64,000 nucleotides of DNA, from positions 4,464,001 to 4,528,000 of the forward strand of contig JBHGNT010000009.1 of NCBI GenBank assembly GCA_043228905.1, read 5' to 3'. Position numbers and translations under genes: made by a program. Position 1 is the stretch's first letter, and each line of letters begins with the position of its first letter. This document shows, one piece after another, positions 24,228 through 35,558 of this stretch. Source of the stretch: Azolla caroliniana. Its lineage: Eukaryota > Plantae > Polypodiophyta. Under the pieces are notes generated by a model, which saw nothing but the letters and a program-made list of their open reading frames with translations, made no database searches and had not been told where the DNA came from.

Positions 24228-25351
24228 TGTTTTATGTACTCTCACCCCTCTTAACCCCCACCTAAAGTCTTGTGTACACTCTTTTACCTTCCCTTTGTAC
24301 ACACTTTTGTATGTCCCACATACAAAGGACTCTCCTCCCTCTCCCTATAAAAAGAGCAACCTAGTAGGCTTAGTTTTCATCATTTGTACATCGGGCACTG
24401 AAGAGCCTCCATCGAGGCGAAATGCATTTGCCGATCGTTGCCTTATGATAGTAAAACTTTCTTTCCTTCTATGTGTTGCTCTTATCTAATTTTTTGTCTT
24501 AAGTTCTTAAGTACCTATTTAATAAATTTTTATTAAGTACTTGTTTAATCACTTTTTTATCAATTTTTTTTTTTTTTTTTTGTCTTAAGTTTTTAAGTAT
24601 TTATTTAATCATTTTCTATTAAGTACTTGTTTAATAATCATTTTTATTACGTACTTGTTTAACCCCTTTTTTTAAGTACTTGTTCAATCATTTTTAGGTT
24701 TAACTTTTTGTTTAAACATTTGTTTAAGTATTCTCCTCTCTTAATCATAATCATTCTCTTCTCAACCATGACCCCTTTTCTTTAACCATAATCCCTCCCT
24801 TCTCTTTTAATCATAACCTTGCGTTAAGTGTCTGCCCAAGTGTTTTCTTATCTAAATATTTGTTTAAACATTCGTTTAAGTACTTTGTTTAGCAACCCCT
24901 TCCCCCTTAATCATAATCCCTTCTTAACCATAATCATTTTTTAATCTCAATCTCTCTTTTCTATTTTTATTTTTATTTTTATTTTTTATAATAATCTTTC
25001 TTTTAAGTGTTTGCTTAAGCATGTGTTTAAACAACTCCCGTTCATCTAAGCGTGTGGTCCCGTTTTAATAATACTCTATATTGGTGTTTTAATAGTACTT
25101 TATTGTTGTCTAATAACTTAAGGTATCCCAATGATCTTTAATATGTTCTAAAAACTTTGATTAGGTTTAAATACTTTTGATAACTTCAACAAGCTACACT
25201 CCCCTAACCCCCACCCACGCCCTCACTTTTCTATTCTTCTAAAACTATATCACTACTTATGTTTAGACATACAAATAAGATCTTTAAACTTGAGTCCACC
25301 CCAAACAACCCCCGATGAAGTGCCGCACACTTTAAGCAATCTTAAAAAAGG
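22741..25351 (+). mobile_element. 5'-truncated Penelope-like element inserted after codon 10 of element C gag
   Basis: Gag MASSSNQVGE (22711-22740) continues as MMLIVEQMM at 25352. The insert has a PLE-type RT, a TATA box near 24345, a hammerhead and an AT-rich tail. No clear TSD. Confidence 0.88.
24390..24435 (+). ncRNA. Minimal type I hammerhead ribozyme
   Basis: ATCGG(G)CA-CTGAAGA-GCCTC catc GAGGC-GAA-ATGCAT-T-TGCCGAT: full catalytic core, stems I and II, and a palindromic stem III as in PLE hammerheads. Confidence 0.88.
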
Positions 25352-27511
25352 ATGATGCTAATCGTCGAGCAAATGATGAGATCTCGGGACAACGATGCGA
25401 GTGTGGAGAAGGCTGTCGATCGTGTCGTAGAGCTCGAGGGCCAATTCGATGGAAGGAACGTTACGAAGTTCCTTGATGCATATAAGAGGGAGATGAATCA
25501 AAGGGACGTGTCCGAGGCACGTCAAATCGCAAGCTTCAAGAGAGTTGTCGCCAACAACATCCAAAGACGTGTCATCGAGCTTCAAGAAGGTAAGACAACA
25601 TGGTCCGAGTTCGAGAAAACGATACTAGCGGAGTTCGTGACTGAAGACTCAACGAGGATGACTCGACATGCCCTGATGAAGTGGATAGAGAAGAAGAATA
25701 AGAAGATGAGCGTCTCGAGGGTGTATGACGAATTCGACCAGATGTTTAGTCGTCTCCCCAATACGGACCAAGTGTTGCTTGAAGAGGACAAGACTTTGTA
25801 CTTCTTGAAGGCCGTGGACATAAAGGATAGACGGGAGTTGGGGACTTTTCTCGAAGATGATACCCAAGCAAATGGGCTCGTAGCGGACTGGATCGCGGTG
25901 AAGCGGGCATGCAATAGGCTCGACAAGCGTCGCCAATGGGTTGATGACACCGACTTGACGGGACCGACTACCACGGAGAAAGCAAGACCGCCGAAAGTAG
26001 CTAAGCCGTTGAGACAAAGTAACGTGGAAGAAAAGAAGATTGATGACGACATCATTAAAGAGCTAGCGAAGAAGTTCGAGAAGGTCACTCTAGCCAACAT
26101 GAATCGTCGGGGCCCTAAAGGAAAAGAACCCTTTAGATGCGTGTGGTGCGATAGCATGGACCACATGAGAAGGGATTGTGCGAGCCTTCGAGAGGCGATT
26201 CGACAAAATATCGTATACATAGAGGACAACATGATCTGCTCAAGCGAGACTAGAAGACCCCTACGGGTGAATTTCGGAAGAGGAGGAATGAAGAGATCTA
26301 TGGAGGATGCCGATGCGACTCATGTGGATGCGATGTACTATGCTGCGTCGGCCGGAATAAGAGTCGGGAAAGACAAGACTGAAGCTGCTAGAGCGGGAGC
26401 AAAGTTTTGGACTTCCGTTCTCGAATATGAGAAGAAGGGAAAAGTCACATCGAATGAGGTAGAGCTTGCGGACCGAAACGTGCAAAGCATAACCGGGTGG
26501 TCGGATCCGGTGGACGACAACACCATACTCGCAGAGGTGATGTGCGACAACCACGAGGTGTTCGTCGAAGAAAAGAGAAAGAGAATAGAAGAGCAAGGCC
26601 CATCTAAAAGACATGAAACAAGGAACGCGAAAAAGAAGGACGATGCTGAGACGAGTCGACCTTTACAAACGGAGGAACGAGAATCAAGCCGAAAAGGGGA
26701 GCCAAGCATACGAGTTGAAGAAACGGTTTGGCCCGTGAAGGTTGGTGTCGAAGACCCCACTCGGAGGACAAGGACTATACCTACCTATAAGCTAAGGTCG
26801 GACATAGAGCAGACGACGGACCTAAAGAAGATTCTCGAAGAACGAGTTCTTGATAGCCACGTAACTTTGTCCTTGAGGGAATTGCTTGGCATTACGAAGA
26901 AGGAGTTCCACGACACGATCGTGGACCTTGTAAAGAGAAAGAGACAACAATCGGACGAGGAAGAAGAGAAGCCGCAAAAAGCGAAAACGAATGCCATAAC
27001 GATGGCAAGAGACGAAATCGATGAAGATATGGTGGACAGCCACTACACTCGACCTCATTGGGCACGAGCGACAACGGAGACGCCGGTGAAGATCGGGGAG
27101 AAGAAAGAGACCGTCGTAGCCTTGATCGACCATGGCTCGGAGATCAACCTCATGTCAACCGACTTCTACAAAAAGGGAAGATGGCCAATCAATACAAATC
27201 ACGGATGGAAGATTCGCGCGGCAACAAAGTCTACGGAGGACTTGTACGGAGGTTGTCCCAATGTCAAAGTCACGATCGGGGACGTGGAGATGGATCAACA
27301 CTTCTTCGTACAAGAATCGGCGTCGCATCCTGTCATCCTAGGGCAACCTTATATCACATCATCTCAGATGGAGACCAGAGTGTTCGATAATGGAGCAGCT
27401 TTCGCACGAATAAAGAGTCTTGACAACCAAAGATCGGTCCAATTCCTAAAGGTGCGAGCCAATCATGAAAGGAATCGAGATAGTCTCAGAGGCGAATCCT
27501 CGGATTTTTAG
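25352..27511 (+). CDS. Element C Gag-protease (first 10 codons displaced to 22711-22740)
   Basis: CVWCDSMDHMRRDC zinc knuckle and ALIDHGSEINL...VILGQPY aspartic protease. Confidence 0.9.
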   Translation: MMLIVEQMMRSRDNDASVEKAVDRVVELEGQFDGRNVTKFLDAYKREMNQRDVSEARQIASFKRVVANNIQRRVIELQEGKTTWSEFEKTILAEFVTEDSTRMTRHALMKWIEKKNKKMSVSRVYDEFDQMFSRLPNTDQVLLEEDKTLYFLKAVDIKDRRELGTFLEDDTQANGLVADWIAVKRACNRLDKRRQWVDDTDLTGPTTTEKARPPKVAKPLRQSNVEEKKIDDDIIKELAKKFEKVTLANMNRRGPKGKEPFRCVWCDSMDHMRRDCASLREAIRQNIVYIEDNMICSSETRRPLRVNFGRGGMKRSMEDADATHVDAMYYAASAGIRVGKDKTEAARAGAKFWTSVLEYEKKGKVTSNEVELADRNVQSITGWSDPVDDNTILAEVMCDNHEVFVEEKRKRIEEQGPSKRHETRNAKKKDDAETSRPLQTEERESSRKGEPSIRVEETVWPVKVGVEDPTRRTRTIPTYKLRSDIEQTTDLKKILEERVLDSHVTLSLRELLGITKKEFHDTIVDLVKRKRQQSDEEEEKPQKAKTNAITMARDEIDEDMVDSHYTRPHWARATTETPVKIGEKKETVVALIDHGSEINLMSTDFYKKGRWPINTNHGWKIRAATKSTEDLYGGCPNVKVTIGDVEMDQHFFVQESASHPVILGQPYITSSQMETRVFDNGAAFARIKSLDNQRSVQFLKVRANHERNRDSLRGESSDF

Positions 27512-27564
27512 AGCGGACTATTGAAGCATGGGGCACAAATAGTCCGAGCAATCACAAGACCCCA
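27502..27564 (+). promoter_or_regulatory. Programmed -1 ribosomal frameshift signal with a predicted H-type pseudoknot
   Basis: G GAT TTT just before the TAG; stem CGGACTATT/AATAGTCCG; loop TGGGG can pair with CCCCA. The -1 frame is open into pol. Confidence 0.8.
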
Positions 27565-29916
27565 CAAGAAAGAAGAGTGCGTGGATTGCAAGGAGAAGCA
27601 ACATGTGTCACGCCTAGTGGCGCATGTAAACTAGTACTACCCGACAAGAAGCACAGGCACCGGATACAAGAATTCGAGAAGATGTTGAAAGAAGAGAACA
27701 TAATAGAAGAAAGGGAGTTCGTGACTCATATTATGGAAGAAGCCTCATTTAACGACACCATCGGCGAAATCGAGGATGTCGTGGACTTGAGCTATCTTCA
27801 CAACCAATGCGTGATTTCGGTTAACTCCGTCAACATGTACGCTATCATCGATGAATACCGTCGTGGCATCTCGATGAAGGAAGCTGACATCAACACGAAA
27901 TATAAAACGGTGGATAAGAAGATCAAGCCAGTTGCGGTTCTGCTACCGGAAGATAGCTGGCAAAAGATGAAGGAAGTTGCTAACGATCCAAGCTTAAGAG
28001 ATCCGAAGAAGATAGGTCATGTCTTCACCAAAGAGACGAAGGGGAAGCTACGAGTTGGAAAGGAGAATTTCCTTCTCCTTGAAGAGGACCGAATGTTTCG
28101 CGATATGCTTGAGAGACATGGGAAGGCTTTCGCATTCTTCCCACGAGAAATCGGATGTGCCGACCCAAAGGTTATAGAGCCGATGGTGATCTTCACGGTG
28201 CCTCATGTGCCTTGGAACTTGAAACCGATACCGGTTCCGAGAGCACACCTTCCGAAGCTGATCGAGCTCTTAAAGGAGAAGGTGAGTATGGGAATTCTAG
28301 AACCGTCGAATGCTCCTTATTCCAATAGGTGGTTCACGATGCCGAAGAAGAATGGATCATTGCGATTCATCCAAGATATTCAACCCGTCAACAAGGTGAC
28401 AATTCAAAATGCCAGAATCGGTCCGAGCGTGGACGAATTTGCCGAAGCGTTTGCGGGCCGACCCATCTACTCCATTGGCGATCTCTACTCTGGATATGAC
28501 CAATTCCAATTGGCGATCAACAGTCGGGACATTACAACCATGAGGACTCCGATCAAGCTTGTGCGGATGTGTACCTTACCCCAAGGCGCAACGAACTCGG
28601 TGGTTCATATGGTGAATGCCATGAATACAGTCTTGAAGGATTGCATTCCGGACATCACGATGCCATTCTTGGATGATATTCCGATAAAAGGATGTTCGGA
28701 TGAGGAGAAAGATGAATCGAAAGATAAGGAAGGTTGTAGAAAGTTCGTTGCGGATCATATAAAAGATTGCGAGAAGGTGCTTCAAAGGCTCGAAGATGCG
28801 AATTTGACATTTTCGGGAGAAAAATCCGCATTCGGGCAACCGGAGATCTTGGTGGTAGGTCACTTGTGTGGAGCATACGGCCGGAAGCCCTCGCCATCCA
28901 AAGTGAACGCAATCCAAGACATGAAAGAAGAATGTGAAAACCAAACGGAGGTTCGAAGGTTCCTTGGAGCGTGCGCGTTTTATCATATATGGATTCCTCA
29001 TGACGCTCATGTCGCCGAACCGTTATATGGACTACTAAAGAAAAGAATAAAGTTCGAATGGCGAGACGAGCACACAGAGGCGATGCAAAAATTAAAGAAA
29101 CTGCTTCTTGAAGCTCCGGCACTAAGGAAGGCCGACTATGCCGAAGGGAAACCAATTTACGTGACCGTAGATACGAGCCCAACCGGAATCGGGTGGGTCA
29201 TCAATCAAGAAGGTGAAGATAATGCGCAATATGCCGTCCGGTTCGGAGCAAATGGGAAGATCGAGCGAGGGCATGGACCTATCGTTAAAGCCATCGTACG
29301 AGCATGCAACGGTTGAGTCGGGAATTGGCCACGACTATTACCCTATGCCTTGTGGGCCGATAGAACGACACATAGCTCGGTGACAGGGTATATGCCGACG
29401 GAGCTTATGTATGGACAAAAGCCGATTATGCCCATCGAAAGGACGATCGCCTCATGGGTAGCGATACCGTGGGAGAACGAGATGAGCCGAGAAGAGTTAT
29501 TAAGGGCGCGGATAAGGCAACTTGAAAGAAGACCTGAAGATTTAGAAAAAGCGCGAAAGATGATGAAGGCAGCCCGAGTAAAGAACAAAGTTCGGTTCGA
29601 CAACACACATCGACTTCGTCCCAAGAAGATTGAAGAAGGGGATTGGGTTTTGGTTTACGACAACACCCTTGACAATCAACATAGTACAACAAGGAAGTTC
29701 GCAAGAAGATGGTTCGGGCCGTATGTGGTGACAAGTGCCAACGATAATGCCACATACCACCTTGCGGAACTAGACGGATCAAGGTTGGTCGTACCCATTG
29801 CGGGAAAAAGAGTAAAGCTTTTCAAGAAAAGACAAGACAAGGATCCTGACCTCGATTACCTCGACAATGAACATAATAGGCCGGATGAAAATGAAGACAT
29901 GGAGGAATCTAATTGA
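27508..29916 (+). pseudogene. Element C pol: RT, partial RNase H fused to the integrase C-terminal part
   Basis: DLYSGYDQF, LPQGATNS, FLDD, VDTSPTGIG. Deletion junction VRFGA|NGKIERGH near 29250; stop at 29314-29316; WFGPY tail. Confidence 0.9.
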
Positions 29917-32105
29917 TCATCGTAGCCGAAATCTCACTTCTTCTCTTCTTGGCACGTACCGGAGGACGTGCGGTTTGGTGGGGGTGGATGTCGTGAAGAT
30001 TTTCGGCAATAGTGTGAAAAACCCATAAAACGTACGAAATCGAGTATGAATCACGTAATACAATAATTGTGAAGATAACATTTTTAATATCTAAGTACAA
30101 AATGATGGAGGTTTCGAATGCACTTTATTACACGAGAAATGGACAACTAAATGTCAAGATATGAGGGTATAAAGTTTGTGAAAAGAAAAGAGAAAATTGT
30201 GAGATATCCCACATAGGCACGACAAATACGGCTCTCATCATATATAAGGTGGAGCAAAAGATATTATCTTTGTGTCTATGTGTGGAGCATAGAGAGTTCA
30301 AGGTAACTTGAACTAAGAGTGGAGGTGGCTAGCTACTCGTAAAGGGTTTTGGCCAACCAAAACCGGACCGGCGATGGAGCCGGTGATCCGACGACATCCG
30401 GCAAGGCACCAGTATCCGACGACGGTATCCGGCGAACCGGCGACTAGATAAATAAATATATAAATATATATACATATTTACATATACAAGGAGGGCAAGT
30501 ATGGATTCGAACCTTGCACCTCCAAGTTTGGAATCAATTGGCTTACCATTAAGCCATGTATTTAGTTGAAATTATATTTCTATCATTGTACTTTTACATG
30601 TAAATTCTCATACATGAGAGCTAAAATTAGTGACATGGTTAGCATGCACCACATGTAATACTTAAGCGCCAAATGGCAAACATGCAATTTATGCATGTCT
30701 TGTACCCTCACATGCATCATATGCATGAGAGCATCTATAAAAGAGGGAAGGGGGAGGAGAAAAAACACGGGTTTTTTTATGAAAATTAAGAGGAAAAAAT
30801 TCGATATCAAATTGATCGTGTAATCTCAACTTCTCTCGTTCCCAATCTATCTTAAGTACTTTCTCGCCAAAGCTTGTATCGACTCTAAATCCTTTTGGTC
30901 CAGAACCCCGACGGTTCCGCCTCACTATCCGCGCGTAGTGACGGATCTTCACGACAGCGGCGAAAATCTTCTTCAGATTTTCCCACGCACCCTTCGGCGT
31001 CTTTGCATCCCGAACATAGCTCAATAGTTGTTCGCCCACACACGACGCGAAGCAGTATAATACCCTGCTCGCCGATTGCTCCCACGACGGGAAGTCTCTG
31101 TGTGTCGATTCGGGTGCCGCGTCATTAGCTCCTTCGACATAACTCCAATAGCCGTGCCCGAGCAGGTACTGGTGCATCTTGTAGGACCAAGACGCGTAGT
31201 TGGTTCTGTCGAGCTTCTCTGTTGGAAGCGAGCTCGCCATGCCTCTATCCATCGTTCTTCTTATTCTTCTTCGTCAAGCTATGTCGGCTGCAGAGAGGTT
31301 CTCAACCCTCGCGCTCTGATACCATGTAGAAAGTAGCGTGCGGAAGCAAGTATGAAGACAGAACAGAAGGAAGGAAACTCAGGTTCAATGGAGAGCTTGG
31401 GCTTACATGGTATACGCAGGAGAGAAAGAGAGAATAGACACAAAAAACTATATTCAACAATAATACTCAATCTCTGTACATAAGACGTGCTCAGTGAGCA
31501 CTTTTATACAAGTCCTAAAAGGACTGACCGAAGTACTGACAGTACTTCAATGCTCATCAAGAGCCCCTACACTAACTCCCAAATATATTCCTCACGGAAT
31601 ATCTTTCCTAACGACCTCCCGATTTATGCACTCGGCCTAACCGATCGATCCCTACCGATCCGGTCCTCGGCTTCTTCAGCCGATCCGGCCGATGTTGAGC
31701 TTGTCTCTCAACAAGTATTTATCCAATCATCATAACTAAAATAAAATTAAGTAAAAAATAGAACTTAAACTAAAAGAGTTCTAGTAGTGTACAATACGTA
31801 GTATACTCGAAAGTGACTATAGACTAAGCCTAATTTTATTTCCACCCAAGCCTCTCGAAAAGAAGTGGGGGGTCAAAGGGTCTTGATGTGGGTGTGACCC
31901 GTGGTTCCAATGTAGAGAGTGTCCTAGCCATGGCTTCTAGGCAGTGTAGCTCACATTCCCTTATTTTCAATATTGCTTCCACATCACGTCGAGTTGCTTT
32001 GAAACCCGGCACCCGAGGACGTCTGGTTCTTCTCTGGTTTTCTGCCTCATCAATGGAAAGGCCGAGTGGTGCAAGTGTGTCGGCATTCGTTGTCTCCTCC
32101 TTTTC

Positions 32106-35100
32106 CTAAAAAACTTCATTTCTTACATGTTCGTGATCATTAGCAACATTATTGTCAACATTTTGTAACTTATTCTCTCTGTGTTGTTTTAGCTCTAGAA
32201 TGTATTTGCCTAATTTCTTTATATCTAGAGTATCTAATAGTTTGGGGAGGGTGGGAGACGAACCAAGTATGTCTTGGTATTTTGCCCTTATCTCGGCATA
32301 GGTTGGACACTTGCATGTAAAGTGGTACTCATCCTCTATCTCTATGTGACATAACCTACATATCCTTTCCTCCCTAGGGACTCCACTAGTACGACCATTC
32401 TCAATCTCAAGTTGGTGAGATGATATTCTAAGTTGTCCAATGGCAACCCTTAGTGCATGTGGTAAGAATACATCTAGATATTTTGGCCGCGTGATAAAAC
32501 CTAACTCAGAGAAGTGCATGAAGTGTTTCTTATAGTACAACATTTTAGATGGGAGTGGCTCTAGTGGGGTGATCCATTTACACTGAGTGTAAATTTGCCA
32601 TATTTCTTGGCGTATTACTTTATTGCGGTCCTCATGAGAGATTAAAGTGTTATCACTCGTGTGGTTGTACCTAAGGGGAGGTAGGTTATTAATGTCTAGA
32701 CCATTCGCAAGAAGCCAACTCACCATCATGCCATACCATGAGCTAGTATAGCCAGACTCATACAATGATCGAGAGGCCTTAAAGGCTTGATGAGATATTC
32801 TATCATGTGGTTGGCTATGTATCCTGTGAATGAAGACTACAAGTTGAAAAAGTGCCTCTACTAACATTGGGGGTAACGTGAACTCAACCATAATAATGTC
32901 ATGTGGTACAGTCGATTTGCTTCAGAGTTGGCGTGATAGCATCATCACCAATGGTCTCTCTAATTGCGTCCACATGAAAGATGGTAATCCTGGAGCCCAA
33001 ACCGTTGATGCATACATGAGGGAGGGGGTCACTAATGAGTCAAAGAGCCACCCTTTAGTCCGTGGCTCTTGAAAGTGTGCTTGGTGGCATTGTCTCTCTA
33101 GGAGTGAGAGGGATGCATGTCCTCTCATGAGTCTATCCTTCGCTGCCTGTGTCATCAAAAATTTACCTGAGCGGGCACTAAAAGTGACTCCAAGATAGAC
33201 ATATGATCCAACCACCTCGACTGGGCTATGGGAGATAGTTAGGTGACACTTGGCTCTAACTTGGGCCGATGTGTGGAAGATAAGGACTTTCGTTTTCCCT
33301 AGATTCACTACCAATCCTCGTTGTACACAAAAGTCATCTAAGGCATTAAGGTGCCTTTGTAGGTCGTGTTCGGATTTAGAGAGCAAAACTATGTCATCCG
33401 CATAGAGCAAGATACGAACCTGCGTATCCCCAAGGACCACTCCGGTGCCTCCCTCACGAGCAATAAAATCTGTGATCTCATCAATGTAGATCCCAAAAAG
33501 CGTCGGTGATAGGGGGCAACCTTGTTTTACACCAATAGTGCTAGTGAAACAATTAGATAGGCCACCTGGGCATCGGACACACTCGGACACTTGTTCATAT
33601 AGTGCGTAGATGGCCCATACCATATCATTTGGTGTCCTCAAGCTTTTAAGTCTGTCAAAGGCTTTGCGGAAGTCCACAAAACAACAATATAATTTCTTCT
33701 TGCGAGCCTTAGTTTGGTCAATTAGGCATCTAAGTGTGAAGATATGATCAATAGTGGAGAAGGCTCGTCTAAAGCCAGCTTGTTCAAGTGCACGAAGGTT
33801 TAGGGTCTCCATATAGTCGCTAAGCTCTGCTTCCATTATTGCACAATATAACTTAGCAAGGGTATGGCCTATCATAATGGTCCTATATGTATTTGGGTCC
33901 ATGGGGTTCCCCCCTTTATGTATGGGGGCCACTGTATTCATAGTCCACTGTGGTGGAAAACCCTCCGCAAGGGCACGATTGAAGATTAGAGTTAGCAAGG
34001 GAGCTAGGCACTCTCTCGCATATATAATTTGTTCTGCTCGCAATCCTGTGTGGTCCATGGACTTCCTATGTTGTAATTTCTTTATGACCTTCACAACCCT
34101 AGAGGTCGTGAAAAGTGTCCCCGTAGTAGGCCGGGGTGTGGAAGGCATTGGAATGGGTGGTTGGTTTGGGATTTGGTAAAGTCTCTCTATATATGTGTGC
34201 CAAGTTTCGGGATCTTCGATGGGTGTTTGTGGTCTTGGCTCCCGTAGTCTCTTCCATGCCGTGGCGCAATCGCTACTCATGAGCATATGGTAGAGTTCCC
34301 AATATTGGGATGCCTCCCACGCTCATCTCTTACGATGTGTCATCTTGCGCATTTCTTTGCGAGCTTGTATGGAGGTAATACTACCATTGAGTTGCGATAC
34401 TGTAAGTTGTCTATGTAAGTCCCTACAATCCTCGTCATACCATTTATTTTGTGGCATTGATCCCGATCTACCTTGATTTGAGTGTTTTGTATATGGGAAA
34501 CTACTAGCTGCTGCGGAGTGAAGGATGTGTGTGAGTTTTGTACTAAGGCTTTCTAACGGTAGGGTGGGATCAAGGGAGGGGAGATGGGCTTGAACATGTT
34601 GAGAGTATATGTTAGAGAGCTCATGTGTGAAATGTATTGTGGTGTGATGGCATGGTTGACTAGACTTGGTGACCTTAGAGATATCACATTTTAGCTCGAA
34701 GTGTAAGAAACTATGGTCTGCGTCAATAGGGCATGGGGCCACTCAGAAGGAGTTAATCATGTGGGTAGCTTCAGGGCGCCCTATTAGATAGTCAATTGTG
34801 CTTTCCCCTCCTCCATGTGGGAAACACGTGAGCTCTTCTGAGCCCGGCCACTTAGCTAAACCATTATATATGACCATCCGGTGCCGATTGCCAAGTTCGA
34901 GAAGATGATGGCCAAAGCTCGTGGCGTCCGCACCTTGATCCTTTGATCTACGTGTGGTGCGTATGTCTAATGGATCAACATTTACCATTTCTAGGTTTCT
35001 ATTCATCTGAAATACTGTGCATTGCCGGGATTGGGTTCTCGCATTGAAGTCTCCTACAAGAAATACTTCTCCTTGGGAAGAATATCGGATTATGTCATCC

Positions 35101-35552
35101 GATAGGGGTTCGTATGGAGAAGGCCTATGTGGCATTCCTTCATCGACTAATCTCACCAAGCCACCAATATTATAACGGGATCCTTTTGGGGGAAAGTAAC
35201 AAATGGCGAAAAATACTGCCTGGTCTTTGCCTATGGAGACTTTCACCCACATAAAATGAGCTTCTGGGTCTCTCTTCATTATTTCTATCCTATTATGTAG
35301 CTCTCTACGAAACAGTATCGCGACACCTCCAGATCCCCTAGTAGTGTGTCGACGTGAGGTTTGTCTAAAAGCGAACTCCCAACGGAATCCTTCGACCCAT
35401 GGGAGTCCTCTATTTGGGCTCTGATGTGTTTCTACCAAGAAAAGTATATCAAATACCTTTAGTATCTCCTCTAGGCAGCCGGGGTGTGCCCAGAGTGCAC
35501 CGTTACAATTCCATAGGGTCATCCTAAGTGCACTTTCTGTCACATGGGCCAC
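32106..35552 (-). pseudogene. LINE-C ORF2: APE endonuclease, RT and C-terminal CCHC finger
   Basis: LWNCNG, VETH, GDFNART, TIDY; QAGFR, FVDFRKAFD, GVKQGCPLSPTLF, YADD; LRISSHQLEIENGR...CRLC...EDEYHF..C. Several stops and small deletions. Confidence 0.9.
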
Positions 35553-35558
35553 ACGTCG

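Larger units (their letters stand above)
21654..30956 (+). mobile_element. Ty3/Gypsy element C (no chromodomain, tRNA-Trp primed, pol internally deleted), carrying a PLE insertion
   Basis: LTRs 21654-22643 and 29989-30956 (~7 substitutions plus a 22-bp duplication in the 5' LTR). TSD GCGG; PBS 22652-22668. Domain order gag-PR / RT-RH-INT. Confidence 0.96.
16077..31713 (-). mobile_element. Ty1/Copia element E2
   Basis: 389-bp LTRs 16077-16465 and 31325-31713 (~12 mismatches). TSD AGTAT; iMet PBS 31313-31324; PPT 16466-16477. Confidence 0.96.

Noticed and set aside
29700-29916. Chromodomain at the element C integrase C-terminus
   Set aside because: The tail has only a GPY-type module and a short acidic end.
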